Notes: a model not told the origin generated them from the sequence alone. A stretch of 64,000 nucleotides of DNA from Candidatus Thorarchaeota archaeon (GCA_048884965.1 JBHLQH010000016.1:1-64000); one strand, 5' to 3'; positions 47,267-56,932 are shown, numbered from the stretch's first letter. A program made the numbers and translations.

Positions 47267-47999
47267 AGATGCATTCGAGCCAGTTACAGAAACTGGATGG
47301 AGGATGGGCTTCTCAACCTTGCTCAAGAAAGAACTGAAGACTTGGTTTGGTACGAGTGCCTGGTGGCAGCACGCACTGCTTTGGTCAGCTATACTCGTAA
47401 TGTTTGGCTCTGTTGGTCTTGGAGACCCTGAAGCAGGTCCATTTATCTTCTATATGATGGCGACCATCTTCCCCTCAATCGCAGTAATCATCATCTCTCA
47501 GGAGAGAATCCTTGAAGATAAGAGATCGGGATCTGCCGCATGGGTACTCTCAAAGCCTGTATCTAGAACGGGATTCATTCTTTCCAAACTCCTTCCATCA
47601 GCTCTCGGATTCGCAGTTTCGATGATATTCATCCCAGGAATACTGTTCTATCTTGTTGCTGTCGCAATGGGCTCAACGATTGCGTTGGTACCATACCTAG
47701 CATCGCTTGTGCCGCTAATACTGTGGCAACTCTTTCTTTCTTGGTTGACCATGTGCCTTGGTACTTTCTTTGAAAAAGAAGGACCTGTGATGGCTGTACC
47801 ATTCCCATTTCTCTTCTTTGGACCAAATCTAGCGCAGCATCCAGACTTGGGACCATTTGGTCCATGGGGACTTGTGATGAACTCCGTGAGCCTAGCGTCA
47901 GATGGGACTTTTCCGATATACCCTATATTCATCACAATAGGGATTCTGGTTGTGCTGGCAATCGTAGCGATTATACGATTCGGAAAACACGAATTCTAA
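47256..47999 (+). CDS. ABC-2 type permease
   Basis: LLKKELK, EDKRSGSAAWVLSKPVSR...LSK, six TM segments; overlaps the ATPase stop. Confidence 0.88.
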   Translation: MSSKDAFEPVTETGWRMGFSTLLKKELKTWFGTSAWWQHALLWSAILVMFGSVGLGDPEAGPFIFYMMATIFPSIAVIIISQERILEDKRSGSAAWVLSKPVSRTGFILSKLLPSALGFAVSMIFIPGILFYLVAVAMGSTIALVPYLASLVPLILWQLFLSWLTMCLGTFFEKEGPVMAVPFPFLFFGPNLAQHPDLGPFGPWGLVMNSVSLASDGTFPIYPIFITIGILVVLAIVAIIRFGKHEF

Positions 48000-48012
48000 A
48001 AAGAAGAAACGA

Positions 48013-48044
48013 ACTGGAAGGGGAGAATCCCTTCCAGTGTTTTT
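48013..48044. terminator. Perfect 10-bp hairpin between convergent permease and secY
   Basis: ACTGGAAGGG (48013-48022) / CCCTTCCAGT (48029-48038), with T-rich tracts on both strands. Confidence 0.6.
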
Positions 48045-48047
48045 GCT

Positions 48048-49514
48048 TTACAATATTCCAAGCAGCCCAGTAACGCCTTCGCCGCCCATCTGAGCAAGCT
48101 GTTCTTTGGCAATCTGCTCATAGTACTGTTTGATGATAGACACCATCAGTAGGATACCTGTTCCACTTGCGAGAGCACCCATGACATCGGCTGCTGCCGC
48201 TAGTACTCCTACAAGGAAACCTCCGAGTCCTGCGACGACGGGGATATATCTCTCAAGAAGGCGTTCTAGGACCTTCTCACTCCTTCTGAAACCAGGTACA
48301 ATGTAGCCTGAGTCAAGGAGCTGGCGCGATACGTCCCTAGGGGCGATCCCGCTGATATCCACCCATATCTTCGAGAATCCCCAACACAGGAATATCATCA
48401 GCGCTGCATAGAAGATGATGTGGAAGAAACCATCCGTTCCTTCTTGTATGATGCTGAATATCCCTTGCGGGGGCGTAATGTACTTTGCAAGTCCACTTGT
48501 TGCTCGCATCTGTCCATCTATCGTTTCATATTCGCCCAATATATTGAGGAATACATTCGTTCCTTGGTGCCAATTCCAAATGATCTGCCCAAAGAAGATG
48601 ATGTTCGCGTAGAGTGCCTGAGCAAGAATAACAGGAATGTTCGAGGTATAGAGGAGCTTGATTGGATATCGAGCTTTCATGCCTCGGTACCGCGCATACT
48701 GCAGGGGGATCTCAACCCTCACAGACTCTAGATATAGCACAAATGCAAAAATTATGAATGTGATTATCAGCGCGAAGATGCTTGGGTCAATCCCGTTTCT
48801 AAAGAATAATGCTCCTGCATCAACCAGAGGCGTTGATGGAGTGACACCAACACCAAAGAAGCGAAGGATGTTCGAGGCGATTGCAGCAATAATCCCTTTT
48901 GGCAATGAGTCATCACTGGTATTGAGTACATCAAACATGCTGAACATGACTTGACCGGCAACGTTGGTCATGATGAAGAGTGATACTCCAGACCCAAGTC
49001 CCCAGCCTTTCTGGATAAGCTCATCCATCAGGATAACGATGATTCCTGAGAAGAATAGCTGCAAGAAGACAATGACGCCCTGTTCGGGAGTCAATGAGCC
49101 ATAGGCATTTCCAATGATGTAAGCAATTGCCTGAAAGGCAGTCATGAACATCGCAAGTACCTTCTGGCCACCAGTGAACAATGCACGATCTTCAGGGTCT
49201 CCAAAGTCTACGTTGATAATCTTTGAACCTGAAAGGAGCTGCATCACTAGTCCTGCAGTAACAATTGGTCCTATACCGAGCTCCATCAGTGTTCCACGAG
49301 TGCTAGCAAGAATGACTCGCATTGCCCAAAGATAGTCAGTACCAGCCGCTGTATCAACGCCATAGAGCGGCAAGTGGCTCATGATCAAGAAGACAATCAG
49401 GACAACTAGTGTCCAAGTGATTTTCTCTCGGAATGAAACTTCTCGGTCAGGCTGTTTCACCTCCGGCATGATTCGCACGAAAGGTGAAAGAACCTTCAGA
49501 AATGTTGATGGCAT
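48048..49514 (-). CDS. secY: Preprotein translocase SecY / Sec61-alpha
   Basis: GTLMELGIGPIVTAG, KGWGLGSGVSLFI, YPIKLLYTSNIPVIL, PGFR, SGTGILL. Confidence 0.98.
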   Translation of the reverse strand: MPSTFLKVLSPFVRIMPEVKQPDREVSFREKITWTLVVLIVFLIMSHLPLYGVDTAAGTDYLWAMRVILASTRGTLMELGIGPIVTAGLVMQLLSGSKIINVDFGDPEDRALFTGGQKVLAMFMTAFQAIAYIIGNAYGSLTPEQGVIVFLQLFFSGIIVILMDELIQKGWGLGSGVSLFIMTNVAGQVMFSMFDVLNTSDDSLPKGIIAAIASNILRFFGVGVTPSTPLVDAGALFFRNGIDPSIFALIITFIIFAFVLYLESVRVEIPLQYARYRGMKARYPIKLLYTSNIPVILAQALYANIIFFGQIIWNWHQGTNVFLNILGEYETIDGQMRATSGLAKYITPPQGIFSIIQEGTDGFFHIIFYAALMIFLCWGFSKIWVDISGIAPRDVSRQLLDSGYIVPGFRRSEKVLERLLERYIPVVAGLGGFLVGVLAAAADVMGALASGTGILLMVSIIKQYYEQIAKEQLAQMGGEGVTGLLGIL

Positions 49515-49756
49515 TTTCTAGGACCTCATCTGCAGGTTATTTTCGTGGGTTCAACTGGAGTGTACCTTTAAAGCTAGTGGTTGCCCCAAGTCAATCCCTA
49601 CAGATATCTTCTGAAGGAGTTGCTTGATAATAACTTCCTAGGTTGAGCATTTGTACTAGAGTTCCTAGTTTTCATTACTCAAGCCCCTCTCGTCTACTCA
49701 CTTCTGAAGTCTCTGTTTATAGTCAGAGGTAATCCTGTGAGAGCAGGAGCATTATT

Positions 49757-50239
49757 TCATATCAATCCATTCCATATACGATAGACTTCCGCCCAAAGAA
49801 ACCCTGCACCTGAGATACCCAATAATAGAGCAAATACATTATGTATACCGAATTCAAAAGGAACGAACAAGATGTAAAGAGCAAGAAGTGATGATACGAA
49901 TATTGCATAGAGAATTGTTCGCGGAACAACTTTATTCTTCAAAAAGAGAAAATTGTCAAGGAAATCGAGATTCGCATCTGGCCGAACTGTGTATTCACCC
50001 AATGTATTCTTCTCAATTATATCCTCCTCCATCAGTTTGTTCAGATGATACATACACTGACCAGGACTGCTCAGGCCTAAGTGCTTTGTAAGCTCTCCAG
50101 GTCCAACAGCTCGACGTAAGGTTAGCATTCCAATAAGCACCCTCCATGTCGTGGCATTTAGCTCCAAAACAAGGGGTAGCTTCTCATCCTTAGTTTGATC
50201 TTTTGAGGTCAATCCTATTTCCTCCGTTTGTGATTCCAT
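49757..50239 (-). CDS. Winged-helix protein with two C-terminal TM helices
   Basis: VGPGELTKHLGLSSP...YHLNKL...IEKNTLGEY, then PRTILYAIF and a second hydrophobic helix. Confidence 0.75.
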   Translation of the reverse strand: MESQTEEIGLTSKDQTKDEKLPLVLELNATTWRVLIGMLTLRRAVGPGELTKHLGLSSPGQCMYHLNKLMEEDIIEKNTLGEYTVRPDANLDFLDNFLFLKNKVVPRTILYAIFVSSLLALYILFVPFEFGIHNVFALLLGISGAGFLWAEVYRIWNGLI

Positions 50240-52086
50240 CGTTTAATCCTATGAGTCGAGAATATCACGATCCAAGCGATAGGAGTAATGAAGGGTAGAA
50301 TACCTCCCAGTTGGATAGATGATGAGCCAAGCTCCGATGTGATTGTGATAATTAAACTTGCCCAAAGAACTGGTAGCGTTATTGATATGAAAAATCTCCA
50401 ATCCCACTTCCAAGGTTTCGTGTTTTTTATTCGTTGTGACGCCCAATACAAAGGCACAACACTTCCTAGGATTAATAGCCATACTGCAGGGTAATAATTG
50501 ACAATATTCACCAATACACTGCCTTCTGTTCGTACAAGGATAAGCGATCCATAGGCCATCAGAATGTATGTAAGATTCATCTCCTCTGCAGTATATTGAT
50601 AGGTAACAGTGGCTTCAGTCCAAGGAAGGAATAGACTGAGTATTAGTAGTGATAGTGGAAACCAGCGAAAGTCAGTTCTGAAGAAGCTCCAATCATGCGG
50701 GTGCGTACTTCTTTGAAATAGAGCTATCTGTATCAAGGCAAAAACAAGAATAAAGCCGATAAGGAATAATTGAGCAATATTGATTGCTGTATTTGCGATA
50801 ACGAATAGTGGAAAGATTACTTCTACCTCTAAATTCTCAGGTGTACTACTCGGTATCTGATGCTCGATGAGAAGAGAGTTGGCTCCAAGCGAGGTGAATC
50901 TTTCCTTTATCTCAATTCTTAGGGATGCTTGAAGATGTGGAAGTACTAACGTCAGAGGGAATGAATTGCCTGAGGACCGAAAGTCATAGACGCTATACGC
51001 AAGAATGGAGGAATCGGGTTCGGAATATGTTATGTTGATATTGATAACTGGAACATTTACCGAGAGTGCAATCTTGAGAGTGTAAGTAGAGAGTGTGATA
51101 GCATGATACATGCTCTGATTCTGCTCAAGCTCGAAGTAGAACTCGGTTTCTTTGTGATACCAATGGAAATCGAACCATCCTGCACTTGCTGAGTAGTTAC
51201 CAGTAGTCAGATGAATCGTTTCATTCTGGTCATTAATCCTGAGCATTGTGAAATCTAGTGTACTCTTGGATATGTTAATGGTGGGAATCACAAGAATCTG
51301 GTTACTATATTGATTTGTGCGGAAATCAGCTCCACTCGCATCAAGGATATCAAAATTAGTGGCGTATACCATCTCGGAAGTGCTTCCTATGACCTGGAGC
51401 CGTTCTATCAAGAAAGCCGCATCAAGAGGTATTATGATCTCAAGTGTGATTTCGCATCTCAGAATCCATTCCGTGGTTTGAATCCTCAAGGCTTGAAGAT
51501 CTGGAATTGTCAGATGATGCTGAGCGTCAGTACTGATAGACCCATTGGAAAAAAGAGAGGAGCTACCAAGAGTCAAACGATCCGATTGGGAAGCTTGAAA
51601 CGGATTCAACTCAGCACTCACATTCAAAGTAGAGTAAAACTGACCAGATATATCGCCATATGTGAAATCAATATCAATGGATTCATACCCTTCAAGGGGT
51701 AGATTCATGAATCGTCTCAATGATAGATACGTATTCTGGGCATTGATACGGACTCCATTAGATTCCATTCGGTTGCTAAATTCATGAGTATACATCCAGT
51801 CATAGGGCTCACGCGTAACACGCCATGATGAAAGAGTGGAAAAAGGAATTTCGGTAAGTAGGATGGGTGTGGTAGTTCCAATAGATTGCCTACTGTGCAT
51901 GACGATGGGAGCGGGATCACTTGCAGGACCGAGTGATTTTACATATCCAGTTGGGATATTTGCTTCAGGAAGATATGAAATCGCGACACCACCAACAAGT
52001 ATCGCAGCTAGAATGCCTACTACGATATGCATAGTAATCTGCTTCACGAATACTTTATCGATATCTCCTAAGGTAGCCGGTCCCAT
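50215..52086 (-). CDS. Large hypothetical membrane protein (N-terminal anchor, about 400-aa extracytoplasmic region, about 5 C-terminal TMs)
   Basis: Hydropathy by eye; several N-x-S/T sequons (NVS, NGS, NIS, NET, NYS, NQS, NIT) in the central region. Confidence 0.65.
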   Translation of the reverse strand: MGPATLGDIDKVFVKQITMHIVVGILAAILVGGVAISYLPEANIPTGYVKSLGPASDPAPIVMHSRQSIGTTTPILLTEIPFSTLSSWRVTREPYDWMYTHEFSNRMESNGVRINAQNTYLSLRRFMNLPLEGYESIDIDFTYGDISGQFYSTLNVSAELNPFQASQSDRLTLGSSSLFSNGSISTDAQHHLTIPDLQALRIQTTEWILRCEITLEIIIPLDAAFLIERLQVIGSTSEMVYATNFDILDASGADFRTNQYSNQILVIPTINISKSTLDFTMLRINDQNETIHLTTGNYSASAGWFDFHWYHKETEFYFELEQNQSMYHAITLSTYTLKIALSVNVPVININITYSEPDSSILAYSVYDFRSSGNSFPLTLVLPHLQASLRIEIKERFTSLGANSLLIEHQIPSSTPENLEVEVIFPLFVIANTAINIAQLFLIGFILVFALIQIALFQRSTHPHDWSFFRTDFRWFPLSLLILSLFLPWTEATVTYQYTAEEMNLTYILMAYGSLILVRTEGSVLVNIVNYYPAVWLLILGSVVPLYWASQRIKNTKPWKWDWRFFISITLPVLWASLIITITSELGSSSIQLGGILPFITPIAWIVIFSTHRIKRWNHKRRK

Positions 52087-52560
52087 AGCACAACCTCAAC
52101 TCTGACTATGACAGAATCGAACAGGAACTGCATTAAACTTTGCGAGTCAATTTTTGTACCATCAGCCATTCTAAAACGTAGAATGATATAGATAGATGGA
52201 ATAGAACGTAAAGAGGGATTTGTTTAGTAACGAAATGGAAAGGCGTGCCACCAGAAACGACAGACTTTCCGTCGTGGGGAGGGGTCCTGATAGACCCCTC
52301 CTATCTCTTTCTCCTTCTCGAACCTGTATTTCGCAGATATGAAAGATGTATTGTTGATTTGAATGAATGTAATTCTTTGAAGGAAATGATGATGAGAGAG
52401 GGGACCTTGGATGATATGATCTTGATTATCCATCATCGTATCCAGATGCGCTCTGTTAGAGAGACAATGGGATAGAATGAACTTCATGCTTCTGCAATGG
52501 AAAAATCAATCTATAAAAAACAGGAGTTGGATAATCTTGATGATTATATAGTCCTACTCA

Positions 52561-52586
52561 CCCTCAGACCAGATATGATCTGAGGG
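52561..52586 (-). terminator. Hairpin downstream of uL15
   Basis: CCCTCAGA (52561-52568) / TCTGAGGG (52579-52586), 14 nt past the uL15 stop. Confidence 0.45.
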
Positions 52587-52600
52587 GAGATAGAATGTGT

Positions 52601-53053
52601 TCACTCGTCCTCTTTAAGGTCAAGTGTTCCACCGATACCAAGGACCTTCTCTTTAGCTCGCTCGCTAATATCTTTGACACCGGTCAGATCCATCTTCTTT
52701 GTAACCGTTCCAGAACCGAGGACCTTATCGACTCCAAGCTTTGATAGGTCAATCTGGTAGCGCTTACCCTTCATCGTAGCGATACCACGCTCAACAAACC
52801 TGTCAGCAGCCTCATCAAGCTCTCCAACATTGATTGTGGAAATAGACTCGATTATGTGTTGAGGTCTCTTGAAACCGTGTTTGCCAAAGTAATTGGGATT
52901 CTCAATCATTACTTTGATGTAATGATGCTTCTTTGACCCAGCCATACCCTTACCACCTCTTTGTCCTGATGCGCGGTGGCCTTTGGTAAATCCATATCCG
53001 GCAGATCGCTGTCCTCTCAATTTATGGATCTTTTTAGATTGTCTCTTTTGCAT
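52601..53053 (-). CDS. rpl15: 50S ribosomal protein uL15
   Basis: RGQRSAGYG, HRASGQRGGKGMAG, YFGKHGF, KVLGSG. Confidence 0.95.
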   Translation of the reverse strand: MQKRQSKKIHKLRGQRSAGYGFTKGHRASGQRGGKGMAGSKKHHYIKVMIENPNYFGKHGFKRPQHIIESISTINVGELDEAADRFVERGIATMKGKRYQIDLSKLGVDKVLGSGTVTKKMDLTGVKDISERAKEKVLGIGGTLDLKEDE

Positions 53054-53070
53054 TAATTGTCACTCCTCTA

Positions 53071-53619
53071 CTATGCCTTCTTGAGGCGTACTTCAAGTAC
53101 TCCATTTCTAATAGCTGACCTTGCTTCCTCTTTCTTCACTTTGGAAGGTAGCTCCAGACTCTTATGGTATGGACGCTCAGGATTGTCAACTTCTATCGTC
53201 AGTGTCCTGCCCTTGATACGGACCTTTATCTCGTCCTTATCAACACCAGGTAGCTCAGCAACAACGATGATCTCTTCGGATTCCTCTATGACGTCAACCA
53301 GCGGCTCCAGTTGAGGAGTCATTTTAGAGCCTTCATCATCGGGTGCATTACCAAACCTTTGGATGATAGGTTTCCCATCGGGACCAGCCTTCATTGAGAA
53401 ACCGAATACAAAGGGATTGGTGTTCTTGGGATCTCTCATGAACTCCTCCATCATACTTGGATCGAAGAGTGTGCCATCTTTTATCTGGCGCATCATCTGG
53501 TCCATCATCTCTTCAATCTGACGAAACATGGACTCGGGAAGGAACTCCCCAAGCCATCGTCGAAGAGCTTCACGAGTTTCATCATCTGAAGGACCAAATG
53601 GATCATCATCCCATGACAC
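53071..53619 (-). CDS. Small heat-shock protein Hsp20 (archaeal long type)
   Basis: PFVFGFSMKAGPDGKPIIQRFGN, EPLVDVIE, VVAELPGVDK, NGVLEVRLKK. Confidence 0.94.
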   Translation of the reverse strand: MSWDDDPFGPSDDETREALRRWLGEFLPESMFRQIEEMMDQMMRQIKDGTLFDPSMMEEFMRDPKNTNPFVFGFSMKAGPDGKPIIQRFGNAPDDEGSKMTPQLEPLVDVIEESEEIIVVAELPGVDKDEIKVRIKGRTLTIEVDNPERPYHKSLELPSKVKKEEARSAIRNGVLEVRLKKA

Positions 53620-53635
53620 GTTCTTTCACCTTCAC

Positions 53636-54118
53636 CTATAGCATCCTTTGGGTTAGTTGATTGATATCCTCGCCACGATACCCTGTAACTCCGCCCATAG
53701 TCACAGGATACTTCTTCTTTCCATCGTAGCCCTTCTTGGGAGGTGTCAATCTGAAGATTGGCTTAAGCCCTTCTACATCTGCCATGGAGGACTCTCCATT
53801 ATGAATAGCTTTGGCCAAAGCCTTGATCGAACTGAAAGAAGAGTTCTTCTTCACATATGCATCTGTCAGTTTTCTACTTCCTGAAAGCCGTCCTCGTTTC
53901 GCAAGGAGTTGTGTAAGAGTGTCCTCATCAATCTCGCCCCAAGTTATGTAGTCTTTGACCTTGATGATCATACCCTCAATACTTGGAGTCATCTTGAACA
54001 CTCTTGCATGGTGAAGTCGTACAAGACTGAGCTTTGTCAACGTGTCCTCGATTTGAGGGCGGACGCGGACTCTGCCTCGAACCCTAATAGCAAGAATCAT
54101 CTTTTCTTCGGCACTCAT
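53636..54118 (-). CDS. rpl30: 50S ribosomal protein uL30
   Basis: AIRVRG, GMIIKVKDYITWGEI, FRLTPPKKG, GYRGEDIN. Confidence 0.96.
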   Translation of the reverse strand: MSAEEKMILAIRVRGRVRVRPQIEDTLTKLSLVRLHHARVFKMTPSIEGMIIKVKDYITWGEIDEDTLTQLLAKRGRLSGSRKLTDAYVKKNSSFSSIKALAKAIHNGESSMADVEGLKPIFRLTPPKKGYDGKKKYPVTMGGVTGYRGEDINQLTQRML

Positions 54119-54792
54119 TATTCAGTCACCCCTGTGTATGCCCATTCTTGAGGTGGAAGCATCCTGTAGGTATTAATCAAAGCTTCAACAAGAGCCTTGG
54201 CGAAGTTTGAAGAGGTGCGTGATCGACCTTTAGTGATTGACCAGATATCCTTCAATCCTGCAATCCTGAGCACTATTTTACCGACATCTGCTGTGACAAG
54301 GCCAGTTCCCTTTGGAGCGGGTCTCAATGTAACACGGACAGAACCTGCTTTCCCATCACTTGTGAAGGGAATGCTATGAGGATCAGAACATCGGCACTCC
54401 CAAGAGCCACAGCCTCTGCGAATCACAGTGATGTTTAGCTTCGCACGTGCTTCAGCAGCACGTACAGCTGGAACGAATTCAGGAGCTTTCCCAACGCCTA
54501 TGCCGATAACGCCTTCTCCATTTCCAACAACAACAGTTATACGAAAGCTCTTCTGTTGCCCACTGTCTGATTGTCGTTGCACCATAGTGACATCTACTAC
54601 TTCCTGACGAAGATCAGGGAAGAGCATTGTGACAATCTCAGGCTCTCGAATAACATAGTTATTCTCAAAGATTTCGTGAATAGTGTTGATGTGGCCTTCT
54701 TTCACAAGACGGCCTAGGTGTGTCTTTGGCACCCAATCCTGGAGAGGATCGACTTCTGTTCGTGGTTGCCTGCGTCTTCTTTGCTTACTCAT
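54118..54792 (-). CDS. rps5: 30S ribosomal protein uS5
   Basis: WVPKTHLGRLV, RRGCGSWEC, GKAGSV, PAPKGTGLV. Confidence 0.97.
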   Translation of the reverse strand: MSKQRRRRQPRTEVDPLQDWVPKTHLGRLVKEGHINTIHEIFENNYVIREPEIVTMLFPDLRQEVVDVTMVQRQSDSGQQKSFRITVVVGNGEGVIGIGVGKAPEFVPAVRAAEARAKLNITVIRRGCGSWECRCSDPHSIPFTSDGKAGSVRVTLRPAPKGTGLVTADVGKIVLRIAGLKDIWSITKGRSRTSSNFAKALVEALINTYRMLPPQEWAYTGVTE

Positions 54793-54802
54793 TCATAATC
54801 AC

Positions 54803-55552
54803 CTACTTCTTCTTGCCCTTCTTACCCTTACCTCGTGCTATCAGCTTCTTCGGCTTTGGTTTTCGTGGAATCGCACGTGGAGGCTTTTGTGTAGGTTTCT
54901 CCTTCTTCTTCGCAGCAGGTTTGGCTTTAGCAGCAGTTGATGGCTTGGTAGCCTTCTTCTTCTTCTTTAGGTCAGCCGCTGGAATGGCAAGGAGTGCTTT
55001 CTTCACAGTATCAACTTTCTTTGGAATCCCCGTGATCGTGGTCTTCTTCTTTCCAAGACTAGAGAACATCTGAGTTTCTTGACCTGTATAGTGATCAAAT
55101 GCTCCAATAATATGATTTCCAAATAGTCTTTCGTCATCGGGAAGGACTTCTGGAGCATGAGGAACATGCAACCCTGCATCAAGTACTCCTTTGACAGCTG
55201 CATAGACTCTAGAGCCTTTGGTCGGGGGATTTAGACCAATGTCTAGAACTGCCTCAGTTACGCCCCTACTCTTAGCTCTCAGTCCTGCTAAGAATCCCGT
55301 AAGATATGCTGCTGGAAGATTGTTCTTTCCTGCATCCCAACCATGTACACCTAGTTCAGTGGATATAGCAGAAGCGTGTGTGATATCTCCCACTACTTTT
55401 GCACTAATTAGCTGGACAATGATCTTTGTATTCGTCTTACGTACTACTAATCTTGGTTTTCTTGAGAGCAAGAGTCGACGACGTCTATAGTAATTTGTCC
55501 TACCTTCTCGTCGTCGTCGGAACTTCACTCGATATGTTGGACCCTGTGCCAT
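54803..55552 (-). CDS. rpl18: 50S ribosomal protein uL18 with Lys-rich C-terminal extension
   Basis: [45 protein letters not shown]. Confidence 0.96.
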   Translation of the reverse strand: MAQGPTYRVKFRRRREGRTNYYRRRRLLLSRKPRLVVRKTNTKIIVQLISAKVVGDITHASAISTELGVHGWDAGKNNLPAAYLTGFLAGLRAKSRGVTEAVLDIGLNPPTKGSRVYAAVKGVLDAGLHVPHAPEVLPDDERLFGNHIIGAFDHYTGQETQMFSSLGKKKTTITGIPKKVDTVKKALLAIPAADLKKKKKATKPSTAAKAKPAAKKKEKPTQKPPRAIPRKPKPKKLIARGKGKKGKKK

Positions 55553-56004
55553 TATTTGGACACCTCCAGTCTTTGTTCTGTTATATAGGTCCTAAGGTGA
55601 GCAGTGTTTCTGAAGGCATTTCCTTTTGCTTTCAAGTACAATTCACGATAGACCTTACGCGTAATCTTTCCTTCGTCGCGGAGGCGGCTCAGCTCACGTC
55701 GCATAGGACGAATCTTGTGCATCCATCGCTCCTTCTTTGATAGTTTAGCGGTAGCCTTTCCTTTCTTGTGCCCTGGGCCTTTTCGTTGACCTTTTCTTTT
55801 CTGGGCCATGACAAATCTGGCTCGACCTCTGCTAACGCCTATCACTTGTTTCTTCTGAATCGCTCCTTCATCTATGAGCCGTCTGATATCATCCTTGGTG
55901 ATTGCCAGACTGACTTCATCCTGAAAGACAGGATCAATCCAAATTCGGGATGTACCAACTTTCAATACATCAGCTGCAAGTCGTTTCTGAGTTGAGAGCT
56001 TCAT
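55552..56004 (-). CDS. rpl19e: 50S ribosomal protein eL19
   Basis: [30 protein letters not shown]. Confidence 0.97.
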   Translation of the reverse strand: MKLSTQKRLAADVLKVGTSRIWIDPVFQDEVSLAITKDDIRRLIDEGAIQKKQVIGVSRGRARFVMAQKRKGQRKGPGHKKGKATAKLSKKERWMHKIRPMRRELSRLRDEGKITRKVYRELYLKAKGNAFRNTAHLRTYITEQRLEVSK

Positions 56005-56006
56005 CC

Positions 56007-56927
56007 TTAGTCGACCTCCAAATCATCTAGACCTTCAAGTTCTTCAAACAAGTCTTCTTCAGCAACGCTCTCAGGAACGCTAGGATTAAGAATTCTGAAC
56101 ATTTGGGATTCTGCTTTATCAAGGATGACTTGTCGCTTTCGCATTCCAACAGTACTTGCGATTCGCACTGCGTGAACGTCTGGATCGAGGGTCTCTAGGT
56201 CAGTAGGTCTGAACACTAATGCTTCAACATAGCCAGATGGATGAAGTCCTCGTACTGCTTTGGGACTACGATATCCAGCACTGACCATAGCTATTCGACC
56301 TTTTCGCTTCTCACGTGTCGCACTATCGATACCTCGAACCTTTCGCCATCTATCACTGATTCGAACCCAACGATGCGCTTGCTCATGTCTAAACTTGGGC
56401 TTTCGCTTCTTCTTTGCTTGGGCCAATCTGAAGAGTCGGTCATCAATCGCAGGTCCAGTAATTTCAGACTCTGCTTTCTTCTTTGGCTTAGTGGGTTTCT
56501 CTTCTTTGACTTTCGAAGGCTTTGCTTTAGGAGCTTCTTTCTTCTCGGGGGCCTTGGGCTCCTCCAATTTCTTAGGTTTGGCTTTCGGCTTCTCAGCTTC
56601 AGCTTCTTTCTTGGGCTTTGCCTTTGGCGTTTCCTCTTTAGCTTCCTTCTTGGGCTTTGCCTTCTCAGCCTTGGGTTTATCAGCTTTGGGTGTTTCTTCC
56701 TTGGCTTTTGTCTTAGGCGTTGTTTCGTCAGGCATGAGGTCCTGTGCTGCTTTGATGATGTTCTCAGCGCTAGCTAGGCCAAGTCCATCTACCTTCTCTG
56801 CAAGCTTTGCGGGGTCCGCTTTGGACAGCGCATAGGCAGTCTTGATGCCAGCCTCTCGGAGTTTCTCTTCCATTGCTGGTCCAACTCCGGGCACATCTGT
56901 TAATGGTAATCTCTTTGACAACTTCAT
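56007..56927 (-). CDS. rpl32e: 50S ribosomal protein eL32 with N-terminal helix-hairpin-helix domain and K/E/P/A-rich linker
   Basis: LTDVPGVGP..KVDGLG HhH; eL32 core KPKFRHEQ, WRKVRGIDS, GYRSPKAVRGLHPSG. Confidence 0.94.
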   Translation of the reverse strand: MKLSKRLPLTDVPGVGPAMEEKLREAGIKTAYALSKADPAKLAEKVDGLGLASAENIIKAAQDLMPDETTPKTKAKEETPKADKPKAEKAKPKKEAKEETPKAKPKKEAEAEKPKAKPKKLEEPKAPEKKEAPKAKPSKVKEEKPTKPKKKAESEITGPAIDDRLFRLAQAKKKRKPKFRHEQAHRWVRISDRWRKVRGIDSATREKRKGRIAMVSAGYRSPKAVRGLHPSGYVEALVFRPTDLETLDPDVHAVRIASTVGMRKRQVILDKAESQMFRILNPSVPESVAEEDLFEELEGLDDLEVD

Positions 56928-56932
56928 GCCTC

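Noticed and set aside
52224-52487. Short ORFs, hammerhead ribozyme or group II intron end in the uL15 downstream gap
   Set aside because: The ORFs on both strands lack recognisable features; CTGATAG does not match the CUGANGA core; no domain V motif was found.
56241-56835. Long plus-strand ORFs, and repeats suggestive of an array
   Set aside because: Antisense to the low-complexity eL32 linker; the repeats are codon-level K/E/P/A repeats with no fixed repeat-spacer period, so this is not a CRISPR array.
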